A stretch of 64,000 nucleotides of DNA from a virus (IMGVR_UViG_3300029288_004944:32001-96000); one strand, 5' to 3'; shown: positions 1 to 9,880, numbered from the stretch's first letter. The notes: generated from the sequence alone by a model not told the origin. Program-made: numbers and translations.

Positions 1-2070
1 ATTCAAAGATGCTTCAATATCTTCAGGAGATTCTTTAGGCGTCTTATCTCCGGCTACGCTTCTGTATTTCTCGTTAAACCTATATTTGACAAATGCATTA
101 TAAACATCTTTCAGACTTCCGACTTCCAATCTATCTCCACCGGCCCACAATTCTTGTTGACCGTAGGCTCCGCCCAACTCAAAATTCGTCCCATACTCTT
201 TATTATTTTGTTCAATCAATTCTCTTAATTCAGAAATAGATATTTGCTTTGATACTCTTTCAAAACTCGGCGAAAAACTAACGGCGACAGCCTGCCTTGC
301 AGGGAGATCAGGATTCAACCGTGTGGGAAGAGGGGGGGAGGGGGGGGAGAAAATTACTTTCTTTCCCACCACTACAACCGATATCTTCTTTAATTCTGAT
401 ATAGGAGCAATATCAACCTCATATAATGAATGTTCATCTCCATCGTAATTATCATATATATAATTAATAGTTGCTCTTTCTGTTTCACTATTTATAAATT
501 CAACCTTACCAGCTCTACCATTATACTCTACCTTATCGCCGGGCCCAATATCATAAGCCTGCTTCTTTACCCCTACTTTCCCACTATTTACTCCCACAGC
601 CACCTGCCTCTGCCTTGGAGACCTTTCTACCCTTTGTCTCATAGGCTCTGTTCTCCCACGCCCAAACTCTGTTCTTTTAGCCACCTCTATCATTCTACCA
701 ATGTCTTCTACTGACATTGAAGGAAACTTAAATCCTATTGTACTCTCAATTTCAGATTTGTCCATACCATCTTTGATATATTGTATAATCTCTCTAATAA
801 CAGGTATCTCGGCTTTTCTCTTTAATCTCGCCATAGCAGGAACAAGTCTACGATCATTATCCAAATTCATTATTCTATTCCTTTCAGCCATCTCATTTAT
901 CATAACCATTTGTTCTTCGGCTGTTGATAGACACTTCATACATTTCCCATTCATATCATGAATAGTATCCCTATCACAATTAGGACAATACTCAATATCA
1001 AGATCTTCCATAGATTCAAACTTTTCAACACCCACAGTTTTTTTCATATTAAATTTAAAATTCTCTTCTATTTCTAAAAATTCTCCATCCTCTCCCTTGT
1101 TGTAGATATCCGATAATTCAGATATTCCATACATATCTTTCTGAGAATCTTTTTTTTCTAACCATATGGTTCCTGGAGCAAATCCTTCTGTCTCTCCATA
1201 TTCTTTACCCCATGGCTCCATAAAATAATCACCATAACTCATTCTATTCACAGAATATTTTTTTCCATCCATTTCTAATGGATTCCCATTACCCCATAAT
1301 TTACGTAATTCAGATCCACTTATTAAAAATTCTTTCATTGCAATCTTTTCTTTTTTTTCTATTGTTTTTCTAACGCCATTCACTTCATACCATTCTATGT
1401 CATTAAACCTATCTAAGTCTTTCTCTTGATTAAAAAATTCTTGTTCATCGGCAAAATGACTTGTCAGTGTACCAGGACGATTATTATATTTTACTCTTAT
1501 AACAACCCTATCTCCTGCTTGCCCTTTCATAACATCATAAGCATTACCATCTGCCCTTTTCCCAATTGTTCCACGTGGAACAATCCTTTTCTTATTTTTA
1601 TGTTTCTTAACTACTTCAATTTCTTCAATATATTGATTACACTTATTTATAACTTCTCCATACCATCCTGTCTTTTCAGATTGATATAGGCTTTGCTCTA
1701 ATTCATCTATCATTCCATCTGGTATATTATTTTCAGATACAAATCGTGCAACCTGAGAGATTATTTCGCTTCCTACTCTCTGCTTAAACTCATCTGATTC
1801 AGTAAAAAGATTATAAGCATCCTCAACAATATCAGCATCTGTTCTTTCTTGGGATTGTAAATCTTTTTTATCTTGATCGCTCAATTCAAACCATTCGCCT
1901 CTTGCTCTCCCATCCCTTTCCCACTCCTCCTGCATTTCCCTAAATTCTTGCTTCGAACCATAATTGTCTTCACTATTACCATCGTTCCCCCAACCTCCAT
2001 CTCCGGCTATAACTTTCTTCTTGCTATTTTTATCTATCGCTACAAACTTTTTCTTGATAAAATCTACCAT
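1..2070 (-). CDS. Large modular (polyprotein-like) protein, partial; runs off the window start (>=690 aa); missing from the ORF track
   Basis: Hand translation: ATG at 2070 with AGGAG RBS, open frame to position 1 (MVDFIKKKFVAIDKNSKKKVIAG...EDIEASLN). Short acidic modules are separated by basic linkers (GKRAD, EKIAM, LKRKAE, VKKQAY); includes a CxxC..CxxC knuckle and an SH3/KOW-like GDKVEYNG segment. Confidence 0.85.
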   Translation of the reverse strand, partial: MVDFIKKKFVAIDKNSKKKVIAGDGGWGNDGNSEDNYGSKQEFREMQEEWERDGRARGEWFELSDQDKKDLQSQERTDADIVEDAYNLFTESDEFKQRVGSEIISQVARFVSENNIPDGMIDELEQSLYQSEKTGWYGEVINKCNQYIEEIEVVKKHKNKKRIVPRGTIGKRADGNAYDVMKGQAGDRVVIRVKYNNRPGTLTSHFADEQEFFNQEKDLDRFNDIEWYEVNGVRKTIEKKEKIAMKEFLISGSELRKLWGNGNPLEMDGKKYSVNRMSYGDYFMEPWGKEYGETEGFAPGTIWLEKKDSQKDMYGISELSDIYNKGEDGEFLEIEENFKFNMKKTVGVEKFESMEDLDIEYCPNCDRDTIHDMNGKCMKCLSTAEEQMVMINEMAERNRIMNLDNDRRLVPAMARLKRKAEIPVIREIIQYIKDGMDKSEIESTIGFKFPSMSVEDIGRMIEVAKRTEFGRGRTEPMRQRVERSPRQRQVAVGVNSGKVGVKKQAYDIGPGDKVEYNGRAGKVEFINSETERATINYIYDNYDGDEHSLYEVDIAPISELKKISVVVVGKKVIFSPPSPPLPTRLNPDLPARQAVAVSFSPSFERVSKQISISELRELIEQNNKEYGTNFELGGAYGQQELWAGGDRLEVGSLKDVYNAFVKYRFNEKYRSVAGDKTPKESPEDIEASLN
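1567..1582. promoter_or_regulatory. parS: parS centromere-like site (TGTTCCACGTGGAACA)
   Basis: Exact match to the canonical chromosomal parS palindrome, extended to a perfect 20-bp palindrome at 1565-1584; encodes IVPRGTI in a linker. Confidence 0.8.
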
Positions 2071-2127
2071 TGTCTATCTCCTGTATGATATTTAAAATTA
2101 CTTATTACTATATTATTATAAGACCAA

Positions 2128-2145
2128 GATCTGCCGTAGCAGATC
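2128..2145 (-). terminator. Stem-loop with cUACGg tetraloop, probable terminator or processing hairpin
   Basis: Minus strand GATCTGC-TACG-GCAGATC followed by TTGGTCTT, intergenic just after the stop of 2170..2364. Confidence 0.55.
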
Positions 2146-2169
2146 CCATTCACCTTTAATATAAAGGCT

Positions 2170-2364
2170 TTAGTCATTTAATTTGAAAAACTTGCAACCA
2201 AAATCTTTTCTAAATATAGTTCTTTCATAATCGCAAAGAGTATCTGGAAATATTTTATCTTGCATGTCGCAAGGACAGTCTTCTTTCCAATGCTTACAAT
2301 CCTCACATTTCCAATCTGTTAATTCAGTAAGTGATGTATCTATTGTTATTCCATCCCATTCCAT
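2170..2364 (-). CDS. Small Cys-rich hypothetical protein
   Basis: CxxCxxW...C...C pattern; GGGGG RBS. Confidence 0.65.
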   Translation of the reverse strand: MEWDGITIDTSLTELTDWKCEDCKHWKEDCPCDMQDKIFPDTLCDYERTIFRKDFGCKFFKLND

Positions 2365-2375
2365 TTATTACCCCC

Positions 2376-2729
2376 TTATTCTCTTATTCCAACAACCTTA
2401 ACTAAATGAACATTTTCAATCTTTCTCCTGTGTGCCTCTCTTTCTATTTGACCTATCAAGGACTGCAATACCCAATCCGGATTATGCGATTGAACTTGCT
2501 CATTATAAACTTGTGCCCATTGAACAAACACACGAGATGCAGATGCATCTAATACCCTCTGCCCTATTCGTATTGTCATTGTATCATAATCTTCATTCTT
2601 AACTAATTCATATTTACGCACTAATTCCTCATATCTCTGACCGGGAGTTTGATGTTTTGTTTTTATATCAGCATCACTAATTTCATCATTTTGTCCCCAC
2701 CTCTTTATCATAATATCTATTAAGCCCAT
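2376..2729 (-). CDS. R10-W11 N-tagged protein, body family alpha
   Basis: MGLIDIMIKRWG; body contains WAQVY...LIGQI. Confidence 0.8.
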   Translation of the reverse strand: MGLIDIMIKRWGQNDEISDADIKTKHQTPGQRYEELVRKYELVKNEDYDTMTIRIGQRVLDASASRVFVQWAQVYNEQVQSHNPDWVLQSLIGQIEREAHRRKIENVHLVKVVGIRE

Positions 2730-2745
2730 GGCTGCTCCGATACAC

Positions 2746-3153
2746 TCATCTTACTCCCTTATAAGTAAATAAACCACCACTAATTTCCCTTCCCTCTCCC
2801 TCGCATTGTTTCCCTGCTCTTTCTACAATCTGATCTATCAAGTATCTATATGATTTCGCATTCCCCCACATTTTTATATAGTCATAGGAAACAAGTGCCC
2901 ATATTGGCCTTACTCTTTCATCTTTCAATAGACCACTCATTACCTTACTGTTAAAATCCTCTACTATATTAATAGATAAATTATCAACACTTAAAGAAAA
3001 CATTAAATTATACTTTGAAACTAAATTAAACAACTCGTTGGCTTCTGTGCGATTAAACTTTAAGTCTCTTTTAAAGAGCCTATAAAGTTCCTGCCTTTCA
3101 TCTTCTTTTACAGGATCTCTCCATCTTTCTATCATCACATCTATTATATTCAT
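2746..3153 (-). CDS. R10-W11 N-tagged protein, body family alpha
   Basis: MNIIDVMIERWR; body contains WALVSY...LIDQI. Confidence 0.8.
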   Translation of the reverse strand: MNIIDVMIERWRDPVKEDERQELYRLFKRDLKFNRTEANELFNLVSKYNLMFSLSVDNLSINIVEDFNSKVMSGLLKDERVRPIWALVSYDYIKMWGNAKSYRYLIDQIVERAGKQCEGEGREISGGLFTYKGVR

Positions 3154-3160
3154 TTTATCC

Positions 3161-3349
3161 TTATGTTAAACCACTTGTTATATGTAATCCATTATACCAA
3201 CGACTCCCCTTGACAGATATTATTTCTTCATTTCCATCTCTTGTTTCAATTGTGCGTTGCAGATACGTTGCATAGCATTCATATTCATTCTTTTTTTCAT
3301 CTATTACATCCGGTCCCCACCGTCTTATCACATCACATATTAAACTCAT
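3161..3349 (-). CDS. R10-W11 N-tagged small protein
   Basis: MSLICDVIRRWGPD; bridges the RW and RLGPD tag subtypes. Confidence 0.75.
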   Translation of the reverse strand: MSLICDVIRRWGPDVIDEKKNEYECYATYLQRTIETRDGNEEIISVKGSRWYNGLHITSGLT

Positions 3350-3802
3350 TTATTTCTCCCCACTATCCTTCTTCTCCTGTTCTTGTCTTAACCAAGGTCT
3401 GTCATAACACTCTCCCACCACCTGTGTTGCATACTCATTGCATATACGTTCTTCAAAATCCTTTTCGTGGGCATCATCTCCTGACAGATCTTCTTCTTTC
3501 GGAGATCCACTTACTCTCCATAAGATCATTCTTAAACCCGATCTATATACATTATAATGCGCTATTTCGTGGTACGTAATCCAAAGAACTGAACTATCTA
3601 TTTCACTTTCATCATTAAATATATAAATACATTCATCCTGAAAATATGTAAAACCCCTTGCTTTTAATATATCTTTATCATCTCCTGTCCAACCCTTAGC
3701 ACGCATAAACCCTACTTGATCGGACTTAGATATAAACGTCAAATATAACCCAAACGATTTTGCTACTTTCCTGCATTCGGCCATACCTTGTTCTGTTATC
3801 AT
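3350..3802 (-). CDS. HExxH zinc metallopeptidase-like protein (ImmA/IrrE-like)
   Basis: YHEIAH followed by downstream EERICNEYA. Confidence 0.6.
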   Translation of the reverse strand: MITEQGMAECRKVAKSFGLYLTFISKSDQVGFMRAKGWTGDDKDILKARGFTYFQDECIYIFNDESEIDSSVLWITYHEIAHYNVYRSGLRMILWRVSGSPKEEDLSGDDAHEKDFEERICNEYATQVVGECYDRPWLRQEQEKKDSGEK

Positions 3803-3820
3803 TTATTACATCTCCTTTCA

Positions 3821-4339
3821 CTATCTCGGACCAGGATACGATGTCATTCCATCACTATCATTTTCTTCATCTTCACCCGATGATCTAATATTATCTATCC
3901 ACCTACCTCTCTGTGCTGCTTCAAGAACTAATCTATCATTGCCCACTATTACTTCTTCATCTCTTCTTTGAGCGGCTCTTTGAACACTCATTTGAGCCTT
4001 TAGTGCCTTTTCTTCGCACAATCTTTCTATTCTTGCCTCATCACTCATTTGTCCTATAAGATATTCTTCTATCTTATCAAACAAATATTGATGCACATTC
4101 TCTACACCAATCTCTTTGATCTCATCATATGAAACCCTAATCATTGCAGACCAAACAGTAAGTTCACATTTAAAAATTGTTATTTCCTTAATTTCAGACT
4201 GGTCAGCATACATTAAATGATTTTCTCTCATAAGATTATATAACTCAATAGGTATTAAACCAACATATCCTGACCATTGATTCTTTACCCTACTATTGTC
4301 ATTTCCCCATCTTCTGATTACATTATCTATTACACTCAT
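3821..4339 (-). CDS. R10-W11 N-tagged protein, body family alpha
   Basis: Start re-called at 4339 (MSVIDNVIRRWG, GGGGG RBS); body contains IRVSY...LFDKI. Confidence 0.8.
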   Translation of the reverse strand: MSVIDNVIRRWGNDNSRVKNQWSGYVGLIPIELYNLMRENHLMYADQSEIKEITIFKCELTVWSAMIRVSYDEIKEIGVENVHQYLFDKIEEYLIGQMSDEARIERLCEEKALKAQMSVQRAAQRRDEEVIVGNDRLVLEAAQRGRWIDNIRSSGEDEENDSDGMTSYPGPR

Positions 4340-4343
4340 TTTA

Positions 4344-4688
4344 TTACTGTCCCCCACCTATTTCTTTTATTCTACTCCAATATACATCTTGTGGCAAAGA
4401 ACTCTGCATTCTTCTTATAATCTGACCTAAAAGTATTCCAAATATATCTTCATCAGTATATCCCATTTTGTCTTTATAACTAACATCTGCCCAACAATTA
4501 CGAAGTGAATCATCACTTTTATCCACTAAAAGTATTCTACCTGATTGTTTATCATCTACAAGTCTAAGATTGTTTATTGCTATTGCTTTCTCTAATGATG
4601 CCTCAAATGAAGAGATAGGACAATTTGACTTGTCCTTTATCATTTCTTTATCTTTCCACCTATTAATCATTATGTCTATTATACTCAT
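4344..4688 (-). CDS. R10-W11 N-tagged protein, body family alpha
   Basis: MSIIDIMINRWK; body contains WADVSY...LLGQI. Confidence 0.8.
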   Translation of the reverse strand: MSIIDIMINRWKDKEMIKDKSNCPISSFEASLEKAIAINNLRLVDDKQSGRILLVDKSDDSLRNCWADVSYKDKMGYTDEDIFGILLGQIIRRMQSSLPQDVYWSRIKEIGGGQ

Positions 4689-4700
4689 TCTGAACTCCCC

Positions 4701-5060
4701 CTACCTTACCCCCGAACTTTCCATCTTTACCCCACACTCTTTACACCCATCCCACAATAAAGACATGGGCAATCCTATCTCTTCTGCCGATCTTTCAATC
4801 TGTTTAGACTTTGGTATCCGGCCACCCTTTTTCTTATTATAAACACGCGTCCATTTCTTTTCTTTATTCATATCCCAATCGCCTCTTTCAAGATAAGAAC
4901 AATAACCATTGGCTTGATCAGGTTTATCTTTTCTTAATGACCAATAAGGACAAACCCCTGGCCGAAAACCTTTACCATACATACTATGACAATATGGGCC
5001 GGCAGGAATCCTTCTCTTATCTTTCTTTAAACCTACAACATTCTTTGCTATTGATTTCAT
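4701..5060 (-). CDS. Cys-rich hypothetical phage protein
   Basis: IPAGPYC...CPYW...GYC...LLWDGCKECG. Confidence 0.7.
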   Translation of the reverse strand: MKSIAKNVVGLKKDKRRIPAGPYCHSMYGKGFRPGVCPYWSLRKDKPDQANGYCSYLERGDWDMNKEKKWTRVYNKKKGGRIPKSKQIERSAEEIGLPMSLLWDGCKECGVKMESSGVR

Positions 5061-5338
5061 TTCTTTAATCCCCTTGCTTTCTGTTTATTAGCCTTATCCC
5101 ATTTCCTATTCTCTTTTATCTGCTTCTTTTCTTTTGCTTTCCAATCACCACCCACTTTCTTATTACTCACATTTCCTATCGTTACTTCCATTGGCCACTC
5201 ACTTGGACACTCCACTCCATCAGGAACGATTATTTTACTAACCTTTGCTCCATTGATATACAACTTATTCTCAACTACTGCGATATATAACCATTCTCCA
5301 TTCTCTGCCTTAACCCACTCAGGATTTACTATCTTCAT
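5057..5338 (-). CDS. Hypothetical protein
   Basis: Start re-called at ATG 5338 behind GGGGAGG; stop overlaps the next start (ATGA). Confidence 0.6.
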   Translation of the reverse strand: MKIVNPEWVKAENGEWLYIAVVENKLYINGAKVSKIIVPDGVECPSEWPMEVTIGNVSNKKVGGDWKAKEKKQIKENRKWDKANKQKARGLKK

Positions 5339-5405
5339 TATCTTTTCCTCCCCTCTACCTATACTTTCAGTTGGTGTCATTTTGACACCGACTCATATTC
5401 CCACC

Positions 5406-5795
5406 CTACTTCTTTTTCTCTTTAAACTTAGGCTCTGTGTTTGTCATTATTGATACAGCCAGGATTAACCCATTAGCCATACCCATAAAATATTCTTCAT
5501 CCAAACAAGCCTGCTCATCTTTACATTGTATATCTCTTACATTGATAAGATCTTTCAAGTTCTCTTCTAATGGTTTCTTTTGATCATATTTACCCATCTT
5601 AACAAGAGCAGATAATTTGGATTGTATTCTTTCTGCTTTCGTTATACTACCATTTACCACACCACTCTTCCCGCCTTTCAGTTCATCACATTCTGTGACA
5701 GACTGACTTTCTTTTAACTTTCTTTCTCCTAAATTAAGAGTAAGCCCATCATCATTCATTGTCATTGCTTTTAATTCACGTGTAAACTTATTCAT
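5406..5795 (-). CDS. Hypothetical protein (MNKF...EL N-terminus), possible virion component
   Basis: MNKFTRELKAM; GGGAG RBS. Confidence 0.7.
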   Translation of the reverse strand: MNKFTRELKAMTMNDDGLTLNLGERKLKESQSVTECDELKGGKSGVVNGSITKAERIQSKLSALVKMGKYDQKKPLEENLKDLINVRDIQCKDEQACLDEEYFMGMANGLILAVSIMTNTEPKFKEKKK

Positions 5796-5836
5796 TTAGA
5801 TCTCCCAAGTTCTTTCTCACTCTCTTTCTTATTGTC

Positions 5837-6082
5837 TTATTTACTCTCTTCATTGTCTTCGGGAAACTCCGGCACACCTGCCCATTCTAACAACTGAACA
5901 TCTCCAGGTTCTATATACTCTGCAAGGCTTTGTAATTCTGCAAGTTCAAGATACGACATACTTTCATTAATTATTTGTTTTCTTAAGTATTCCAATCTTT
6001 CTTTGATGTGTTTCATATCTATTGCTTCTTTATCTATTCCACCACCTGCCAATTTATGTAGTTCTTTTTGAAACTTATTCAT
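5837..6082 (-). CDS. Hypothetical protein (MNKF...EL N-terminus), possible virion component
   Basis: MNKFQKELHKLA; AAGGAGG RBS. Confidence 0.7.
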   Translation of the reverse strand: MNKFQKELHKLAGGGIDKEAIDMKHIKERLEYLRKQIINESMSYLELAELQSLAEYIEPGDVQLLEWAGVPEFPEDNEESK

Positions 6083-6168
6083 TCAACTCCTCCTTATCCC
6101 CACATTTTCTATATTGCTTACATTAACTATATCATTTAATTTATTTATTACTATTGTTACTATCAATT

Positions 6169-6435
6169 TTATTTTAACATACTAAGTATAGCACACACAT
6201 TGTCATTTGTCAAATAATGAACTAATTTATTATTATTATACTTTTTTGCTACTCTTCGAATTGTTCCATCTTCTATGTCTTTCCATCCAAGGATTTCCAT
6301 ACCCACTATCTTATTACGACTATCCAAATCCACAATTATATTCTCGCCTTCCCTCACAGTTTTTTCTATCTTATTATCAGATACATAAACATATACTACT
6401 CTTGCTTCTATATCATATGTTATTTTCATTCCCAT
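6169..6435 (-). CDS. DUF2283-family protein
   Basis: MKITYD..A.VVYV....I..T....IIVDLD...KIVGMEIL signature. Confidence 0.75.
   Translation of the reverse strand: MGMKITYDIEARVVYVYVSDNKIEKTVREGENIIVDLDSRNKIVGMEILGWKDIEDGTIRRVAKKYNNNKLVHYLTNDNVCAILSMLK
6185..6213 (-). promoter_or_regulatory. Sigma70-type promoter (repeat copy 1)
   Basis: TTGACA-aatgacaatgtgtgtgc-TATACT, 17-bp spacer, extended -10 TG. Confidence 0.8.
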
Positions 6436-6472
6436 TCTCCTCTGTTAATCTTTTCAACACTTTCCCCTTTCT

Positions 6473-9400
6473 CTATTCCACCCTACCCGCCTCTACCACA
6501 ACTCCCCCATTCATGCTATAAACTTCACCTGTGTCCATATCTTTAATCTCATTTATCATTACCTTAGATCCTGGAATTAACTTTATCTCACTCTCAGGGT
6601 AAGGTATATCAGCATCCCCTGTATTCTTTTGTAATGTTTCTATCCAATCTACATTTTGTTTACTTACTTCACCTTTCACCACTACTTCCGGCCACCCCTC
6701 ATTTGATTCCCCTTTTGCATTCTCATAAACTGTGGCCTGTCCTAAATCCCATGTCCAATACACACCCATAGATGGCCAATCTTCTAATAGGAGTTCATCT
6801 TTAATACTCTTTACAAATTCTTGTACATCCTTTACTGCTAATGCTCTAAATACCGGAAAAGGATCTGTGAACCCTAAAAATCTCTTCTTAGATGCTTCAA
6901 ATGCTTCTATTGCTTCTTCGGGATAGTTCTGATAGAACTCATCCACTTCTCCACCCGGCTGATCATTGATCAGATCTTCTATTGTTATATTCTCCAAGGA
7001 TACAGATGCTTTTCTTTTCAATCCCCTATATTCGCCATACTTCTTTATAAATTCTTCTATACTATAAAACCCATCCTCACTTTGAGCAAAGGTCTCAACC
7101 AAAATCTTACGTGGTTTAAAGTTTATAATTATATCAAACCATTTCCTAAGAGTATCCACATTCTCTACCTCAACACCCATTAAATTATTCTGTTCCATTC
7201 TTACTCTTGTCCATCCTAACAATATTAATGCTTCTATCTTATTATTATACTCAGGTATTGTAATTCCATATTCTTCTTTTAACATCTCTATATTATTAAA
7301 TATCCATTCTTCGTGTTCTCCCGTAGATTCTTCTACTCCAACATTATATATCTTACCCACAGGATCAATCCAGTATGCACCCAAATTTCCTTTTGCTGCT
7401 TCTTTTAATCTCCCCTCTATCTCGAACTTCTCTATTGTCGTATCTTTCTTAGACAACTCTATCTCTTTTATCTGCCACTCTATTTCCGGTTCTTCATCCA
7501 CCAACTCCTCCGTCTCTCTTAGTTTCTTGCCTTTCTTTAAATAGGCTATCGTGATATGCGGAGTGTAATCAAAGTCATCCTTGACTTCAAACTCTTTGGC
7601 GAGATCGGAGTGAAGTTCTTTCAAATCTTGAGACTCTAATTTCAGCACAGCCACATCATATTCTTTACTGTGAGTGAAATAATCTATCTTGGCGATCTTG
7701 GCGATTAATTGGCGATTGGCCACAAGTGATTGAATATCAGATATAGAGGCAGAGTCAATACCATAGCAAAGGGTTGTGTGGGGGGATGGGGGAAATCCTC
7801 CATCCATCTCATTACTTTCTGCATCAGACAGATCTTCTTTTGGAATACTGTTTTGAACTTTCTTTATCCATTGTTTTAACTCTTTTGGTATGTCAGACGT
7901 TTGCACACTACCATGATCGTAATCTGCTCTTATTACTATCCCACCTCTTCTTATCAACACTCCCACTTTCTCGGATGTTAAATGTTCTTCATCTCCTACC
8001 GTTAATTCTAACTCTTCTTTGTTTACTATCCGATCTTTTGAAATTGAATTATCTATCACTATATCCCCACCTATTAAATCAGGGTGTGATTCTATATAAT
8101 GTTTGAATATTAGATCTGCTCTATCGTCTTCTGCCACACCCTCTTCCCCCTCACTACTTTCCCCATATGTTTCCTCTTCCGGATATAACTTATCATACTC
8201 TGCTACCGGCCACATTATCTCTATATCCACAGAATCAGGGCTATTTGAATTCATTGCCCTATATGATTTCTCACCCAACACTGTATAAACGATACCAAGG
8301 TCTGTATCCTCAGCCCTAAGCCCATTTTCCAATATACTCTTTACATTCTCTCTGCTTGTTTGGTGGTGCAGGTCCACACCATTGGGATACTTATTCTTTA
8401 ACATCTCTATGAACTGTCTTTGATACTTTCCCATATCAAGATCATATTTCTCCCCTTTAACCCTACCCCTCATACTCGCACTTATCTTACTCCCATCCTT
8501 ACCTTCTTCTTTTGTGTGATACTTCTGCACTGTGCTATATTGTTTATTCTTTAAATCCTCGGCAAGATCATATATATCACGTATAACATCATATATCTCT
8601 TCTGCTTCTTTATTTTCCTCTTCTCCTGCCTCATCATACGCCCACGATAATATCTGATCAGAACTATGCCATGTTGATATAAGTTCATCCATTGCTTGCA
8701 ATATAGCCATTGGATCAATTGCTGATTTCAATTTCTCTATTTTCTTATTTACTTTATCCCAAAACCTTCCATACTCTTTTTCTTCAAATCTTCTACTTCT
8801 TTCTAACTCTTCAGGCGATACTCCCACTCTCTCCATAAGCGATAATATAATCTCTTTTGACTTCTCTGCTACCTGTGGATCTATTTCTCCCACTATCCCC
8901 TGCCTATATAACTCTTTAATCGTTTCTATATCGGATAGAGATAGCGAAGACAATTTGTCTATTTCGCCTCTCTTATTAACCTTTAACTCTTTCCACTCCC
9001 CTACTTCCCATTGCCCCATCTCTTTCTCAGACTTTATACCCTTCCCCTTTCTTTCCCCACCACCGTTTGTTATCTCCACTCTTAATATACCGTTCTCTGC
9101 CCCGGTCCCCACCACATAATCTTCACTATCATTTAATGTTTCCCCCACTTCCTCCGATAAATAACCCTCATCATCATATTCTGTATATGTATATCCGATT
9201 ACACTCTCCCCCACAGAGGCGGCGATGGAAGGAAATCTATCTGCCATAAACTTATCTACGGCTTCATTGTGAGTAAGACCTTTATACTCCGGCTTTTGAT
9301 ATATTGCTACCCAACATGGTTCCCCCCAATACTCATAGTATATTATCTTATCGCCTGCATTGATTACAATTACCCAATCCTCTGATCGTACCAAATCCCA

Positions 9401-9880
9401 CTGCCCCACACTTACATCTTTCTCAGGGTATGCCTTTTTCTTTTTAGCCATCTCTATATAATTCTTTCTCATTGAATCAGATTCATATTGTTTACTTTCT
9501 TTCTTTATTCCTACACCTATCCCCCCACTATTACTTGCCTCTACCTTTAGCGTAGCAGGCAATAGCCTTACTCCCTTCATACCACCAAACTCTAATAGAT
9601 CGTTTGCAGTAGCCAAACTTATAGCCTTTAACCCAATAGCCATTGTATACTTATTCTCTGCTACCTTGCGAGCCCAAGACAATAGAGATATATTCTTAGT
9701 CCCCCCCAATGTTTTTATGGCCTCAGAAATTAGTTCATTGGTGTCTATATTTAAGTCAGATAAATTTATAACTAAAGTATATCCGGATTGTTTTTTCATT
9801 AGTTTTTTTACTCCAAAAAATATTATATATTTATGATTTCTCTTGTTCTTTCTAAGGTCTGAACTAATTACTTTTTGCAT
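6473..9880 (-). CDS. Multidomain polyprotein-like protein: helical module, ART-like module, 2H phosphoesterase (Acb1/T4 57B-like), YWIDPxG module, second ART-like module (likely start 9799)
   Basis: PHTTLCYG and PHITIAY (two HxT motifs, ~7410-7930); LHHQTS...SILENGL (~8020-8400); FRAL..GVYWTWD..ESEI (~6490-7000); GGAG RBS before ATG 9799. Confidence 0.85.
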   Translation of the reverse strand: MQKVISSDLRKNKRNHKYIIFFGVKKLMKKQSGYTLVINLSDLNIDTNELISEAIKTLGGTKNISLLSWARKVAENKYTMAIGLKAISLATANDLLEFGGMKGVRLLPATLKVEASNSGGIGVGIKKESKQYESDSMRKNYIEMAKKKKAYPEKDVSVGQWDLVRSEDWVIVINAGDKIIYYEYWGEPCWVAIYQKPEYKGLTHNEAVDKFMADRFPSIAASVGESVIGYTYTEYDDEGYLSEEVGETLNDSEDYVVGTGAENGILRVEITNGGGERKGKGIKSEKEMGQWEVGEWKELKVNKRGEIDKLSSLSLSDIETIKELYRQGIVGEIDPQVAEKSKEIILSLMERVGVSPEELERSRRFEEKEYGRFWDKVNKKIEKLKSAIDPMAILQAMDELISTWHSSDQILSWAYDEAGEEENKEAEEIYDVIRDIYDLAEDLKNKQYSTVQKYHTKEEGKDGSKISASMRGRVKGEKYDLDMGKYQRQFIEMLKNKYPNGVDLHHQTSRENVKSILENGLRAEDTDLGIVYTVLGEKSYRAMNSNSPDSVDIEIMWPVAEYDKLYPEEETYGESSEGEEGVAEDDRADLIFKHYIESHPDLIGGDIVIDNSISKDRIVNKEELELTVGDEEHLTSEKVGVLIRRGGIVIRADYDHGSVQTSDIPKELKQWIKKVQNSIPKEDLSDAESNEMDGGFPPSPHTTLCYGIDSASISDIQSLVANRQLIAKIAKIDYFTHSKEYDVAVLKLESQDLKELHSDLAKEFEVKDDFDYTPHITIAYLKKGKKLRETEELVDEEPEIEWQIKEIELSKKDTTIEKFEIEGRLKEAAKGNLGAYWIDPVGKIYNVGVEESTGEHEEWIFNNIEMLKEEYGITIPEYNNKIEALILLGWTRVRMEQNNLMGVEVENVDTLRKWFDIIINFKPRKILVETFAQSEDGFYSIEEFIKKYGEYRGLKRKASVSLENITIEDLINDQPGGEVDEFYQNYPEEAIEAFEASKKRFLGFTDPFPVFRALAVKDVQEFVKSIKDELLLEDWPSMGVYWTWDLGQATVYENAKGESNEGWPEVVVKGEVSKQNVDWIETLQKNTGDADIPYPESEIKLIPGSKVMINEIKDMDTGEVYSMNGGVVVEAGRVE

